Shown in pieces: positions 42,001-51,356 of a stretch of DNA of 64,000 nt. This DNA comes from an uncultured Candidatus Binatia bacterium (GTDB lineage: Bacteria; Desulfobacterota; Binatia; UBA9968; JAJDTQ01), in NCBI GenBank assembly GCA_965242525.1, contig OZ251459.1, positions 2,560,001-2,624,000 on the forward strand, read 5' to 3'. The first letter of the stretch is position 1; every line of letters begins with the position of its first letter. Below the pieces are notes generated by a model. That model searched no databases and was not told the DNA's origin. It saw only the letters and a program-made list of their open reading frames with translations. The translations under genes were made by a program, and so were the position numbers.

Positions 42001-42812
42001 GCGTCAAGGAGGGCAACTACGTGCAGGGCACCGTGCTGATGGTGCTGCGCAAGCAGGCCACCGGAGAGACGGCGTTCCTGGACGAGGTGGTCCCGGAAGT
42101 CGAAACCGAAGTGGAGCGCCAGCTTGCATCCATGCTCGAACTCGACGACCGCGAGGATCCGAATTTCTCCGACGCGGACTACCAGCTTGCCGCCTACGCC
42201 GCGGCGCTCCGGGTGCTGACGCAGTACGGTTCGATCGAGGACATCGACGTATCCCATGAGCTGTCCCGGGAACGGCGCCGCGGCGAACCCAACCCCATCG
42301 AGAAGATCATCGGCGACGCCGTCCGCACCGCAAGCAACTTCCTCGTCCCCGCGGGCCTGCCGGCCCACCTGTGGCGCGGGCTCGCCCCCGAGGAGAAGCT
42401 CTACCTCAAGGGCCTCGACGTCGAGCGCCACGGCGACTTCCGTTCCGGCGTCTATCAGGAGTTCGCCCGCGGCTTCGGCGTCCGCGACTACCGCGACCTC
42501 CTACACACCGGCAAGGCCAACCACACCCGCCTGAAGACCGCATCCGAGTTCGGGCGCCGCGACCTTGGCGACCCTGCGTTCGGCCGCAGCCTCGTCCGCC
42601 ACGCCCTCTACGCCGTCTGGCAAGCCGCCGAAAGCGGCGAAGTCGCCCACAGCCTCACGTGGCTCCGCGCCGAGCTGCCCGGCTACTGGCCGCAGCGCGA
42701 GGCGCTGGCCTCGGTCCTCCGCTACCTCGCCGCCATCGACGGCGACCATTGGCGCGAAGACGCCGCCGCCGCCCGCCTCGTCGCCGGCGCCGTGGAGAAC
42801 GACCATGTCTGA
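39081..42812 (+). CDS. DUF1156 adenine DNA methyltransferase with a large in-frame insertion
   Basis: LTGLGKWWGRKPL, DAFCGGGSVPFEA, CPEC/CPNPAC, ITDPPY; low-complexity insert at about 40280-41150. Confidence 0.88.
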   Translation: MNTSPTFIETQFPVSRLSKESYKERKANYSQTLTGLGKWWGRKPLVMVRAIILGLLMPASDDPRKDRDVFLALLTMDEEGLWRRKNGNIPLKEVYGRLSPEERAEWFTHDAEPDRPRLRKGTKAADRARLQRMVFERMGYDEKLKLCDRPEHLEGPSPDAWNAINRHLGTEAASLPELVRELGKRRFGRVPRVGDAFCGGGSVPFEAARLGCEAYGSDLNPVAALLTWGALNIVGGGEDVAERIRAAQTEVFEAVDRQVTEWRIEHDEAGWRADAFLYCTETACPECGWRVPLAPSWVIGEKTRAVARLTPEPAERRFAIDVRSGVGREALAAARNAGTVRQSRLECPNPACNASTPMTAIRGDRRGDGGRGHGLRQWENDDLVPRPDDVFQERLYCVRWRLPSLAALLWMEQRLRAAGRLEDGAGGRPVPRTGTPVPGHLDSRLRGNDGGGGMSVFDQDMPGPEGLRREAPAGGVTAVLEGARRNFHAGETPAFPGSDPSPAGGMPAFPGSEPSLAGGIPAFPEAPLSRHSRESGNPETPVPRGSTPIPGASGMPDVARRDAHTGEMPALRRSAPVPGGLRRDVRAEGMLAFPDASPPPVPEWVDLECAIAALVERLEADEQREVAKLRKRDWPAEDRAVEEAQREFEAKKSAGCPKRELTAAAQRLRKAREAADRRKDRVEALAKSLPAALYRAVDDADLEREASALTLLRERFPEWQALGYVPSRAITPGAKTDEPIRTRGWTHWHHLFTSRQLLVHGSLAEKSETLSDAAVSGAACLLGLGRAADWNSKLSRWWTDAAHEKVIQTFSNQALNTLMTFGSRGIHALADSWFLKPSDASVHGPYTLQTTDARAIDRRAEIWITDPPYADAINYHELSEFFLAWYEKRLPALFRDWYSDSKRALAVRGADADFRRSMVDCYRNLAAHMPDDGLQVVMFTHQDASIWADLTLILWAAGLRVTAAWTVATETPFGVKEGNYVQGTVLMVLRKQATGETAFLDEVVPEVETEVERQLASMLELDDREDPNFSDADYQLAAYAAALRVLTQYGSIEDIDVSHELSRERRRGEPNPIEKIIGDAVRTASNFLVPAGLPAHLWRGLAPEEKLYLKGLDVERHGDFRSGVYQEFARGFGVRDYRDLLHTGKANHTRLKTASEFGRRDLGDPAFGRSLVRHALYAVWQAAESGEVAHSLTWLRAELPGYWPQREALASVLRYLAAIDGDHWREDAAAARLVAGAVENDHV
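40364..40865. repeat. REP/BIME-like repeat cluster inside the methylase CDS
   Basis: Inverted pair TGGATTCCCGCTTGCGCGGGAATGACGG (40402-40429) and CCGTCATTCCCGCGAAAGCGGGAATCCA (40667-40694); about three 42-bp units starting GCGGGCGAGACGCCCGCGTTCCCAGG between them; imperfect ~30-bp direct repeats GCCCGTGCCCCGG... outside. Confidence 0.8.
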
Positions 42813-42975
42813 CCGCCGATGCCCCCCATCCGCACCGGTAGCCTGACGACTTCCAATGCGGTCGCCATGTCAAAGGCGCTTACACGCTACCGTCGGACGC
42901 TACGGTTCAAACCCGTTCGCTTGCGTGTAAACTCCATATGTGTTTCAATGGCTTACGTTATTTGGAGGAACGGCT

Positions 42976-43581
42976 ATGGCAGAGCAAGGGCAGATCAACG
43001 ACCAGAGTATCTACACCGTCGTTGACAAGGTAATCCAGGATCTCCTTCCGTTCGACCCATACAGTCGACTGAGGGTGTATCGGACCGTCGGAACCTTCTT
43101 TGGCTTTGAAGATTCGTACCCGAAGGTCGTCAAGGATGCTGACAGCGGAGTCCCCGCTAATGTCTCGCGGGAGCCACGTTTCTCAAGCAAGGAGGAGTTG
43201 ACTCCCAAGGAGTTCTTACTTCAAAAACACCCAAATACCAACGTCGAACGTGTTTCCTGCCTTGCATACTACCTGGCCCACTACAGAGACATTCAGCAAT
43301 TCAAGACCATTGATATAAGTAAACTTAATACAGAAGCTGCCCAGACCAAGCTCTCCAACGCTTCCTACGCCGTCCACGACGCCGTGAGAGCGGGATACCT
43401 TGCAGCAGCGACAAAGGGCATGAAGCAATTGTCCGCACAAGGGGAGCAATACGTTGAGGCACTGCCTGACCGTGGCGCTGCAAAAGAAGCCAAACCGCAA
43501 ATGAAATCGAGACGATCTCGCAGGAAGACCAACAAGAACCGTGCAGAAAACGATCACGGTCGAGTCGCGCCAAATGAGTGA
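42976..43581 (+). CDS. Hypothetical protein with a possible winged-helix C-terminal domain
   Basis: GGAGG RBS; TPKEFL.QK.P...ERVSCLAYYL...GYL......QLSAQGEQYVE; basic tail; low GC. Confidence 0.75.
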   Translation: MAEQGQINDQSIYTVVDKVIQDLLPFDPYSRLRVYRTVGTFFGFEDSYPKVVKDADSGVPANVSREPRFSSKEELTPKEFLLQKHPNTNVERVSCLAYYLAHYRDIQQFKTIDISKLNTEAAQTKLSNASYAVHDAVRAGYLAAATKGMKQLSAQGEQYVEALPDRGAAKEAKPQMKSRRSRRKTNKNRAENDHGRVAPNE

Positions 43582-44584
43582 TCCTGTACGCATCACGATC
43601 TATAACCATAAGGGTGGTGTAGGAAAAACCACACTTACGGTCAACATTGCGTTTGCGCTTTCATCTTTGGGAAAGTCCGTTCTCTTGGTCGATAGCGATC
43701 CCCAATGTAATCTCACTTCATATCTTCTCTCCGACGATGTCGTCGATGACCTTCTGAACCACTCCAATGACCAGGGAGGGCAAACTATCTGGAGCGCAGT
43801 CAAGCCGATCATCGACAATGCAGGGTCAGTTCGTCTAATAGACCTGATAGAGATCGAACACCTTGCTCTCCTGCCGGGCGATATAAGGCTTTCCGAATTC
43901 GAGGAGTTTCTGGGAGACTCCTGGGCTGATGGATTCAAGAGGCGCATTGGCGCGTTGCGGGCGACTTCGTCGATAAGTTATCTGATCTCCAGTTTAAGTC
44001 GCCAGCATGATTTTGATTTCGTATTCTACGATACAGGACCAAATATAGGACCACTCAACCGTGTACTTCTGTTAGACTCCGATTTTTTCATAGTACCGGT
44101 GGCATGTGATTTGTTCTCCACACGGGCGCTCGCTACACTTGGCCAAACGGTTAAGAAGTGGATTATCGACGCGGCTACCATTGATGCCATCGCGCCTGAT
44201 GACGCGATGCTACTGGAAGGGCGTCCGAAGTTTCTCGGCTACATACCCCAGGGATTCAAGGTTTATGGCCGAGAGATGACATGGGAGGCCGGTTCTTACT
44301 ACAGGGAAATCAAAAGCCGAGTGTACAAGGATGTTTCCTCGGTGTTGCGCGGGATTGATAGAAAATTGGCGCCGGCGGCTTCGGTAAATCCCGTAGTCGG
44401 TAGAGTTCAGGACCTTGCGTCAGTTGTTCAGGTAGCTCAACGTGAAGGCGTGCCCATTTGGGATTCCGAGGCTTCGGCCAACCGCTCCCTGAAAAAGGTA
44501 GCGAGGAAATCGTTCTTTCAAATAGCCAAACACATCATGCATGCTGCAGGTGATCGAGGAATACCTGATGCTGTCAAGTACTGA
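43574..44584 (+). CDS. ParA/Soj-like (AAA_31) ATPase
   Basis: Deviant Walker A NHKGGVGKTT, LLVDSDPQCNLT, FYDTGPNIG, IVPV. Confidence 0.88.
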   Translation: MSDPVRITIYNHKGGVGKTTLTVNIAFALSSLGKSVLLVDSDPQCNLTSYLLSDDVVDDLLNHSNDQGGQTIWSAVKPIIDNAGSVRLIDLIEIEHLALLPGDIRLSEFEEFLGDSWADGFKRRIGALRATSSISYLISSLSRQHDFDFVFYDTGPNIGPLNRVLLLDSDFFIVPVACDLFSTRALATLGQTVKKWIIDAATIDAIAPDDAMLLEGRPKFLGYIPQGFKVYGREMTWEAGSYYREIKSRVYKDVSSVLRGIDRKLAPAASVNPVVGRVQDLASVVQVAQREGVPIWDSEASANRSLKKVARKSFFQIAKHIMHAAGDRGIPDAVKY

Positions 44585-45233
44585 CCGTCGCCGGATCAAT
44601 GAAGCAGTCGAATACTTCAAGTTTAATCGGCAACTGTTCGAACCATTTGCACGGTCGCTCATGGACTACTTTGAGAGCAATGAAGAACTCCGGAAGTTTA
44701 TTCATTTTATCAAATATCGGATCAAGGACGAAGGAAGTCTACGGGCAAAACTGGAGAGAAAACTTGCCATCGCAGGCGACCGGAGCCTGGTGGATGAGAT
44801 TACGGATTTCGCAGGCCTTCGGATCATTCATTTGCACGTGGACCAGTTGACGGCCATACATCCCCTTGTGTTGAGTATTCTGGAAGAGCAGAAGTGCGAA
44901 CTGCTGGAGAGCCCGAAGGCTTACTGTTGGGATTTGGAATACCAGGATCTGTTTCGCCAGATGGGGGTCGAAGCGGTTCATAGAGACTCCATGTACATGA
45001 CGGTGCACTACGACATAGTGGCCAACCAGCGCAAGAGGATTACCTGCGAACTTCAGGTGCGCTCCCTGATGGAGGAGTTGTGGGGAGAGGTTTCGCATCG
45101 AATCAACTACCCGAACGAGTCGTCGAGCGCGTCGTGCCAGGATCAACTGAAGGTGCTGGCGCGCCTGACTTCAGGCTGCGGTCGTCTGGTAGATTCCATA
45201 TTCAAGACACACCGTGAGGCTGTCGAACGATGA
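44568..45233 (+). CDS. Small alarmone synthetase-like RelA/SpoT nucleotidyltransferase
   Basis: RIKDEGSLRAK, DFAGLRI, YMTVHY, ELQVRS, WGEVSH.I.Y; no hydrolase domain; GAGGA RBS before ATG 44568. Confidence 0.85.
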   Translation: MLSSTDRRRINEAVEYFKFNRQLFEPFARSLMDYFESNEELRKFIHFIKYRIKDEGSLRAKLERKLAIAGDRSLVDEITDFAGLRIIHLHVDQLTAIHPLVLSILEEQKCELLESPKAYCWDLEYQDLFRQMGVEAVHRDSMYMTVHYDIVANQRKRITCELQVRSLMEELWGEVSHRINYPNESSSASCQDQLKVLARLTSGCGRLVDSIFKTHREAVER

Positions 45234-45285
45234 CGTTCTCACGATGGAATAGAGACGCACACGTCGTGCGAATGCATAGCCCTCC

Positions 45286-47967
45286 ATGCTCAAGCGATAC
45301 TCCTCGCGCCACGACCCGCTCGATACCGGCTTTCTGATCCCTCGCCTCAGCGGAGCCAGGAGCTACGACCGCATCGCCGGCTATTTCTCATCGTCGATCC
45401 TCGAAGTGGCGGGCGAGGCGCTGGAGAGCGTCGAAGGCAAGGTCCGGGTGGTGTGCAATTCCGGGCTGTCGCGCGCCGACGTGGAAGTCTCCAAGGCCGC
45501 CCGGGCGGTCATGCGCCGGGAGTGGTGCGACTCCCGCCCCGAGGACCTCGGTGACGGCGCCAAGCCGCGCTTCGAGCGGCTCTACGACTTCCTGCGTTCC
45601 GGGAAGGTCGAGGTCCGCGTACTGCCCGATGACGTCTTCGGCCTCATCCACGGCAAGGCGGGCGTGATCACGCTGGCGGACGGCCGACCCACATCCTTCC
45701 TCGGCAGCGCCAACGAGTCCGGGGCCGCGTTCCGGCTCAACTACGAGATCGTCTGGGAGGACGACTCACCGGAAGCCGTGGCATGGGTCCAGGAGGAGTT
45801 CGACGCCTTATGGTCGTCGCCTTTCGCGGTCCGGCTTGCGGACTTCGTGGTTCGGGACCTCGACCGCCTGTCGCGCCGCGAGACGGTGGGAGACGTCGCC
45901 CGCTGGCGGGAAGAACCGGACCCCGCGTCCGTCATGGTGGAAGCGCCGGTCTATCGCAAGGAGGCCGGGCTGTGGGAACACCAGAAGCACTTCGTCAAGC
46001 TCGCCTTCGATGCGCATCGCGGGCCGCATGGCGCGCGCTTCGTGCTGGCCGACCAGGTGGGGCTCGGGAAGACGCTCCAGTTGGCGATGGCGGCGCAACT
46101 CATGGCCCTGGCGGGCGATGGGCCGGTGCTGGTCCTGGCTCCCAAGCCCCTGCTCCGGCAGTGGCAGGACGAGCTCGACACCCTGCTCGGGTTGCCGTCC
46201 GCGGTCTGGACCGGCCGCGGTTGGGTGGATGAGCACGGGGTCGAGCATCCGGGGGCGGGCGCCGAATCGATCCGGCGCTGCCCGCGGCGGGTGGGTATCG
46301 TCTCCACCGGCCTGGTCACCGGCAACGCCGAGGCCGCGGCGCGGCTGGCGGAGATGCGCTTCGAGTGCGTGGTCCTGGACGAGGCGCACCGTGCGCGGCG
46401 CCGGAACCTCTCCGGCCGCGGGGCGTTCGCCGCGGCGCAGCCCAACAACCTCCTGAAGTTCCTCCGGGAGGTCTCGCCCCGCGCCAAGAGCCTGCTGCTG
46501 GCCACCGCCACCCCGGTCCAGCTCCATCCCGTCGAAGCCTACGACCTGCTCGACGCGCTCGCGCGAGGCTCGCACGCAGTGCTCGGCGCACCCGGAAGCC
46601 GCTGGCGCAACGCCAAGGCCTCCCTCGACCTGCTGCTCGGCAACGCATCGCCGCCGGCCGATTTCCACGAGTGCTGGGACTGGCTGCGCAACCCCTTTCC
46701 TCCCCGCTCCGAAGGGAGGGATTTCGAGATCCTGCGCCGCTCGCTCTCCCTGCCGGACGAGGCCGCGTATGCGCCCGGGAACGCGGTGGAGTCGTTGCGC
46801 CCGTCGGACCGGCAGCGGATCGAGAGCGGGTTCGCCCGCTTCGTCGAGCGGCACAACCCCTACATCCGCACCATCGTGCTGCGCACCCGCGAGTATCTCG
46901 AAAACGCCATGGACCAGGAGACGGGCGAACCGTTCCTCACCCCGGTGGGGGTTCGGTTGCACGGCGAATCGGACGAGGACGCCATCGTGCTGCCTCCCTT
47001 CCTGGAGGACGCCTACGCCCAGGCGGAAGCGTTCTGCCGCTTGCTCTCCCAACGCGCGAGTACGGGGTTCTTCCGCACCATGCTCCTGCGCCGCATGGGC
47101 AGCACCATGGAGGCTGGACGCCTGACCGTCACCCGGATACTCGACGGTTGGGAGGACCTCGGCGACGAGTACGATGAAGACGAGGAAACGGCCGGTCCGC
47201 TTCGCACCCTGACCGGGGAGGAAAGCCGGGCGCTGTCAGGGCTTGCCCGAGCGATGGAGGCGAACCTGGACCAGGATCCGAAGTGCGCTGCGGTCCTGCG
47301 CTTGCTGGTGGACGAGGGCTGGCTGGAACACGGCTGCATCGTCTTCAGCCAGTACTACGACTCGGTGCGGTGGCTGGCCCATCGACTCACGGAGTCGCTC
47401 CCGGCTGAAACCATCGGCATCTACGCGGGCGCCGGCCGTTCGGGGGTCATGCGCCGCGGGGTCTTCGAGACCCGGGGCCGCGACGCCCTGAAGGACGGCG
47501 TGCGCCGGGGGGAACTACGGCTGCTGCTCGGCACGGACGCGGCGTCGGAAGGGCTGAACCTGCAACGGCTCGGCGCGCTCGTCAACCTGGACCTTCCCTG
47601 GAACCCTTCCCGTCTCGAACAGCGCAAGGGTCGGATCCAGCGCATCGGGCAAACCCGTCCCCGGGTGGACGTGTACAACATGCGCTACGCGAACTCGGTG
47701 GAGGATCGGGTGCGCCGGCTCCTCTCGGAACGCCTGGAGAACATCTCCCGGCTCTTCGGCCAGTTGCCGGACACCCTCGAAGACGTCTGGGTCCAGGTCG
47801 CCCTTGGCCAAGTGGAGCAAGCGAAGCGGACCATCGACAGCGTCCCTGACAGGCATCCGTTCGAGCTCCGGTACCGCGAGGTCGGGCGCGTGGACTGGGA
47901 ATCGTGCGCGCGGGTGCTCGACGACGCGGCGAAACGGCAAAGCTTGGCGCGCGGCTGGAACGCTTAG
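45286..47967 (+). CDS. PLD-family nuclease fused to an SNF2 helicase (Gao_RL effector)
   Basis: YDRIAGYFSSS, HGK...GSANES, LADQVGLGKT, DEAH, ATATP, SEGLNLQ, WNPSRLEQRKGRIQRIGQ. Confidence 0.9.
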   Translation: MLKRYSSRHDPLDTGFLIPRLSGARSYDRIAGYFSSSILEVAGEALESVEGKVRVVCNSGLSRADVEVSKAARAVMRREWCDSRPEDLGDGAKPRFERLYDFLRSGKVEVRVLPDDVFGLIHGKAGVITLADGRPTSFLGSANESGAAFRLNYEIVWEDDSPEAVAWVQEEFDALWSSPFAVRLADFVVRDLDRLSRRETVGDVARWREEPDPASVMVEAPVYRKEAGLWEHQKHFVKLAFDAHRGPHGARFVLADQVGLGKTLQLAMAAQLMALAGDGPVLVLAPKPLLRQWQDELDTLLGLPSAVWTGRGWVDEHGVEHPGAGAESIRRCPRRVGIVSTGLVTGNAEAAARLAEMRFECVVLDEAHRARRRNLSGRGAFAAAQPNNLLKFLREVSPRAKSLLLATATPVQLHPVEAYDLLDALARGSHAVLGAPGSRWRNAKASLDLLLGNASPPADFHECWDWLRNPFPPRSEGRDFEILRRSLSLPDEAAYAPGNAVESLRPSDRQRIESGFARFVERHNPYIRTIVLRTREYLENAMDQETGEPFLTPVGVRLHGESDEDAIVLPPFLEDAYAQAEAFCRLLSQRASTGFFRTMLLRRMGSTMEAGRLTVTRILDGWEDLGDEYDEDEETAGPLRTLTGEESRALSGLARAMEANLDQDPKCAAVLRLLVDEGWLEHGCIVFSQYYDSVRWLAHRLTESLPAETIGIYAGAGRSGVMRRGVFETRGRDALKDGVRRGELRLLLGTDAASEGLNLQRLGALVNLDLPWNPSRLEQRKGRIQRIGQTRPRVDVYNMRYANSVEDRVRRLLSERLENISRLFGQLPDTLEDVWVQVALGQVEQAKRTIDSVPDRHPFELRYREVGRVDWESCARVLDDAAKRQSLARGWNA

Positions 47968-48070
47968 GGAAACACGGAACAACGGTCCCCGTTCATCCCG
48001 AGCGCAGCGAAGCGAAGAACCCCGTTCGTCCTGAGCGTAGCGAAGCGAAGTCGAAGGACGCGCTTTCCCA
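47968..48070. mobile_element. MITE family copy, right end missing
   Basis: Begins GGAAACACGGAACAA directly after TTAG (helicase stop); two CCCGTTC(G/A)TCC.GAGCG.AGCGAAGCGAAG units. Confidence 0.65.
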
Positions 48071-48077
48071 TAGGGAC

Positions 48078-49103
48078 TCAGGCGAACTTCGGCGCCACCT
48101 TTTCGGTGAGCAGGCGGATGGAGTCGAGCACGTGCTCCTGGGGGATCTGGCCGCCGTAGTTCATGTCGAGGATCAGGCCCGTCAGTCCCGTGCGCTCGCG
48201 GAACTCCTCGATGCGGTCGATGACCGATTCGGGCGTGCCGAAGACCACCCGGGTGCGCAGGAACTCGTCGTAGTCGTCCAGGAACTCCTGGGCCTTGGCC
48301 ACCCGGTCGGCTGCGCCCATGGCCCGGGCTTCGCCCATGACCCGGTGGAGGTCGTGGACCACGCTGGCTCTCGGGACCTCCTTGGCCAGGGGCTCGGACT
48401 CCGCCACGAAGAGGGGCACGCGCACCTGGATCTGGGGCGCCTGGGCGTGGCCCGCCTCCCGCCATGCGTCGCGATAGACTTGCAGGCACTCCTCGTAGTA
48501 GTCGCCCATGAACCACAGCACCACGGAGAAACCCCGCCTGGCGGTGGCGGCGAAGCCTTCGGGAGTGCGCACCGCCATGTAGATGGGCGGATGGGGTTGT
48601 TGCAGCGGCCGCGGCGATATGCTGACGTCGTGGTACGAGTAGTAGTCCCCTTCGAATGAGAATGTGTCCCGGGTGAAGGCCCGCAGGACGATCTCCAGGG
48701 ACTCGGCGAAACGCGGGGCGCTTTCCGAGTAGGGGATGTTGAAGCCGTCGTAGAACTTGGGGATGCTGCTTCGGCCGATGCCGAAGTCGAAGCGCCCGCG
48801 GCTCATGTGGTCGATGGTGGCGACCTCTTCCGCGATGCGCAGGGGGTTCCCCAGGGGAAGCACCTGGACCGCGGTGCCGATGCGCACGCGCTCGGTGCGG
48901 GAGGCGATGGCGCCGGCCACGGCCATGGAGGCCGAGAGCACCGAAGCCTTGGGCCGGAAATGGTGCTCCACGATCCAGATGGAGTCCATGCCCATGGCCT
49001 CGGCCGCGTCCACCTGCCCGAACATCTCGTCGAAGGCCAGGGTCTGTCCCCGGCCCTCGCGCACGTGGCAATCCACCAGCAAGCCGAATTTCATCCCGCT
49101 CAT
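48078..49103 (-). CDS. LLM class flavin-dependent oxidoreductase
   Basis: AEAMGMDSIWIVEHHF, TERVRIGTAV, PLRIAEEVATIDHMSRGRFDFGIG, PRPLQQPHPPI. Confidence 0.92.
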   Translation of the reverse strand: MSGMKFGLLVDCHVREGRGQTLAFDEMFGQVDAAEAMGMDSIWIVEHHFRPKASVLSASMAVAGAIASRTERVRIGTAVQVLPLGNPLRIAEEVATIDHMSRGRFDFGIGRSSIPKFYDGFNIPYSESAPRFAESLEIVLRAFTRDTFSFEGDYYSYHDVSISPRPLQQPHPPIYMAVRTPEGFAATARRGFSVVLWFMGDYYEECLQVYRDAWREAGHAQAPQIQVRVPLFVAESEPLAKEVPRASVVHDLHRVMGEARAMGAADRVAKAQEFLDDYDEFLRTRVVFGTPESVIDRIEEFRERTGLTGLILDMNYGGQIPQEHVLDSIRLLTEKVAPKFA

Positions 49104-49122
49104 CCCCCCTCCCGCCATCCGG

Positions 49123-50199
49123 TCATGCCGCCTGCAGGTCCTTGTAATGGGCGTCCTTGGAGATGGGCGCCAGCCCGCTGGCGATGATGGACCAGCTTTC
49201 TCCGGCGTCGTCGCTGCAATAGACTTCGCCCGCGGTGGTGGCGGCGAAGACCGACACCCCGTCCCCCGACTCCTCCAGGCACAGGGCCTCGATGCTGGGC
49301 TGCATCAGGTCCGGCAGCCCGTTGCCGAGTATCTCCCAGGTGCGGCCGCCGTCCCTGCTGCGGGAGATGCGCGCGCCGGCGAAATGCGTCCTGGACCACT
49401 CTCCCGGCCCGTGCTGTGCGCCGCCGATGAACATGAGGTCGGGCTTGCGGGGATGGAGCACGCACCCGTCCGGGTAGTTGCCGATCTCCGACGGCCGGGA
49501 GATCCATTGCTCGAAGCTCTTGCCCCCGTCCGCGCTGACGTACAGGCCGCGTCCGGTGACCACGTACAACCGCCGTCCGTCCTCCGGGTGGACCAGGAGC
49601 CGGTGCGCGTCCTCGTAGATCCCGTGGATCTGCTCCCAGGATTCGCCCCCGTCCGTGCTCTTCATCAGCCCGCCCACCTCCACGCAGACGTACAGGACTT
49701 CCGGGTCGTGTGGGTCGAAGTTCAGGTGCTTGGCGTGGGCGATGTGCGGCGGCACGGGAAACTTCCAGCGGGGGACGCTGGGCACCGACCGAAGGGCCGG
49801 CAACTCGCTCCAGTGCCCGCCCAGGTCGTCGCTGGAGAACAGGTGCGCGGGCTCCGTGCCGGCGTACACCCGGGTGCGCCCGTTGGCCCGGGACGACGCG
49901 ATGCTGTACACGTCCCTCTGGCCGAGCCCGGTCTCCCGTGCTTCCCAGGTGGCGCCGCGGTCCGCGCTCACGTGGATGCCGCCGTGGAACGCTCCGACGA
50001 AGAACAGGCCGCTGTCCGGCTCCTGGTGGATGGCGCTGACGTGCTTGTCGGCCAGCATGTGGCGCGCTACCCGCCACCCCGGGCCATCGGCGTCGCGTTC
50101 CAGCACGGCGATGCCTTTCCGGGTGCCCACCCAGACTTCCCGTGACCGGGAAGGCGACGAGTACATGGTCGTTCCGCCGTGGGACAATGCGATGGTCAT
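49123..50199 (-). CDS. WD40/YVTN/BNR (Asp-box) beta-propeller protein
   Basis: Repeated SxDxGxxW motifs (SADRGATW, SDDLGGHW, STDGGESW, SRDGGRTW). Confidence 0.85.
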   Translation of the reverse strand: MTIALSHGGTTMYSSPSRSREVWVGTRKGIAVLERDADGPGWRVARHMLADKHVSAIHQEPDSGLFFVGAFHGGIHVSADRGATWEARETGLGQRDVYSIASSRANGRTRVYAGTEPAHLFSSDDLGGHWSELPALRSVPSVPRWKFPVPPHIAHAKHLNFDPHDPEVLYVCVEVGGLMKSTDGGESWEQIHGIYEDAHRLLVHPEDGRRLYVVTGRGLYVSADGGKSFEQWISRPSEIGNYPDGCVLHPRKPDLMFIGGAQHGPGEWSRTHFAGARISRSRDGGRTWEILGNGLPDLMQPSIEALCLEESGDGVSVFAATTAGEVYCSDDAGESWSIIASGLAPISKDAHYKDLQAA

Positions 50200-50361
50200 G
50201 GCCGTACCTCCTCGAAGCTTCGCCCCGGTGGGGGCGCGTGCGGGAACGGGACGCCCGGGCCCGCGGGCGCAACCCGTCTATGCAAGGCGGTACACCTTCG
50301 CTATGGTGGTGTCAACCTCCGGCCCGCCCGCGGACGCCGGCGCCGGAGGCCGGGAGGCGCG

Positions 50362-51258
50362 ATGGAACCGAAGCTGAGAGTCCTGTACGGCGTTATCGGG
50401 GAGGAAGGCGAACGCGTGGCCCGGGACCCCACAGGGTACTTGGCCCTCGACGAGGGCATCTACCGGCGGCACGGGCTGGAGGTGTCCTGGGACCACGTCC
50501 AGGGCACCGACGAACGCCTCCAGGCGCTGGTGGACGGCCAGGCCCACCTGTCCCTGGTCATCGGACGGGCGTCGCTCAGGCACTTTCTCGAATCGGGATC
50601 GACGCGCGTCATCGGCTCCTGCATGAACCGCAGTCCCTACCTGCTGGTGGCCCCGCCCGAGGTGCGCGGCGTCCCGGACCTCAAGGGCAAGTCCCTGGCG
50701 TGCCGCGGGAGCGTGGCGGCCACGGCGCCGCTGGCCGAGACCCTTCTCGACCGCGGCCGCCTTGCAGCGGGCAGGGACGTGTCCATCGAGCCGGTGGACA
50801 CCGATCAACACGCCCTGGACCGGCTCTCGGAGGGAGCCGCGGGCGCTGCCCTGTTGCCGCGTCCTTTCGATTTCGTGGCTCTGGAACGCGGCTTTGCGCC
50901 GGTGCCCGACTGGCCGGAGGCGGCCGCGGACCCTCTGCCCATCACCATCGAGACCACTGCCTCCCTGCTGGCCGAAAGGGGGGACGCCATGGCGGCGTTC
51001 CTCACCGCCCACCGGGAGGGCATCCGCTGCCTCAAGGAGCGCCGAAGCGAGACCCTGGCCATGCTCCGGCGCGTGTTCGGGTACGCCCCGGCCCTGGCGG
51101 CGACCCTCTACGACGACTACCTGACGACGCTGGACGAGGGCTTGGCAGTCGATCCCTCCCAGGTGGAGAAGTTGGTGCGGCTGACCGCGCCGGACGCCCG
51201 GGTGGCCGTCCCGGAGCTGGCCTCCCGGTGGCTTGCGCCGTGGGCCGCGGGCGGCTGA
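50362..51258 (+). CDS. NMT1/SsuA-like binding-fold protein without a signal peptide
   Basis: GIYRRHGLEV, VPDLKGKSLA, GRDVSI; GGGAGG RBS. Confidence 0.75.
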   Translation: MEPKLRVLYGVIGEEGERVARDPTGYLALDEGIYRRHGLEVSWDHVQGTDERLQALVDGQAHLSLVIGRASLRHFLESGSTRVIGSCMNRSPYLLVAPPEVRGVPDLKGKSLACRGSVAATAPLAETLLDRGRLAAGRDVSIEPVDTDQHALDRLSEGAAGAALLPRPFDFVALERGFAPVPDWPEAAADPLPITIETTASLLAERGDAMAAFLTAHREGIRCLKERRSETLAMLRRVFGYAPALAATLYDDYLTTLDEGLAVDPSQVEKLVRLTAPDARVAVPELASRWLAPWAAGG

Positions 51259-51356
51259 CCGGCGCCGGACGCGCTCCGGACGTCACCCGCGTTACCTCCT
51301 CGTGCCGAGACCGGGCACCTTGCGGCAAAGTTGGCAAAGTTCAGGAATTGCCCGGA

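Noticed and set aside
43574-44584. ParA as a plasmid or chromosome partition locus
   Set aside because: No parB, parS-like repeats or rep gene nearby; it is coupled to a SAS inside a defence operon.
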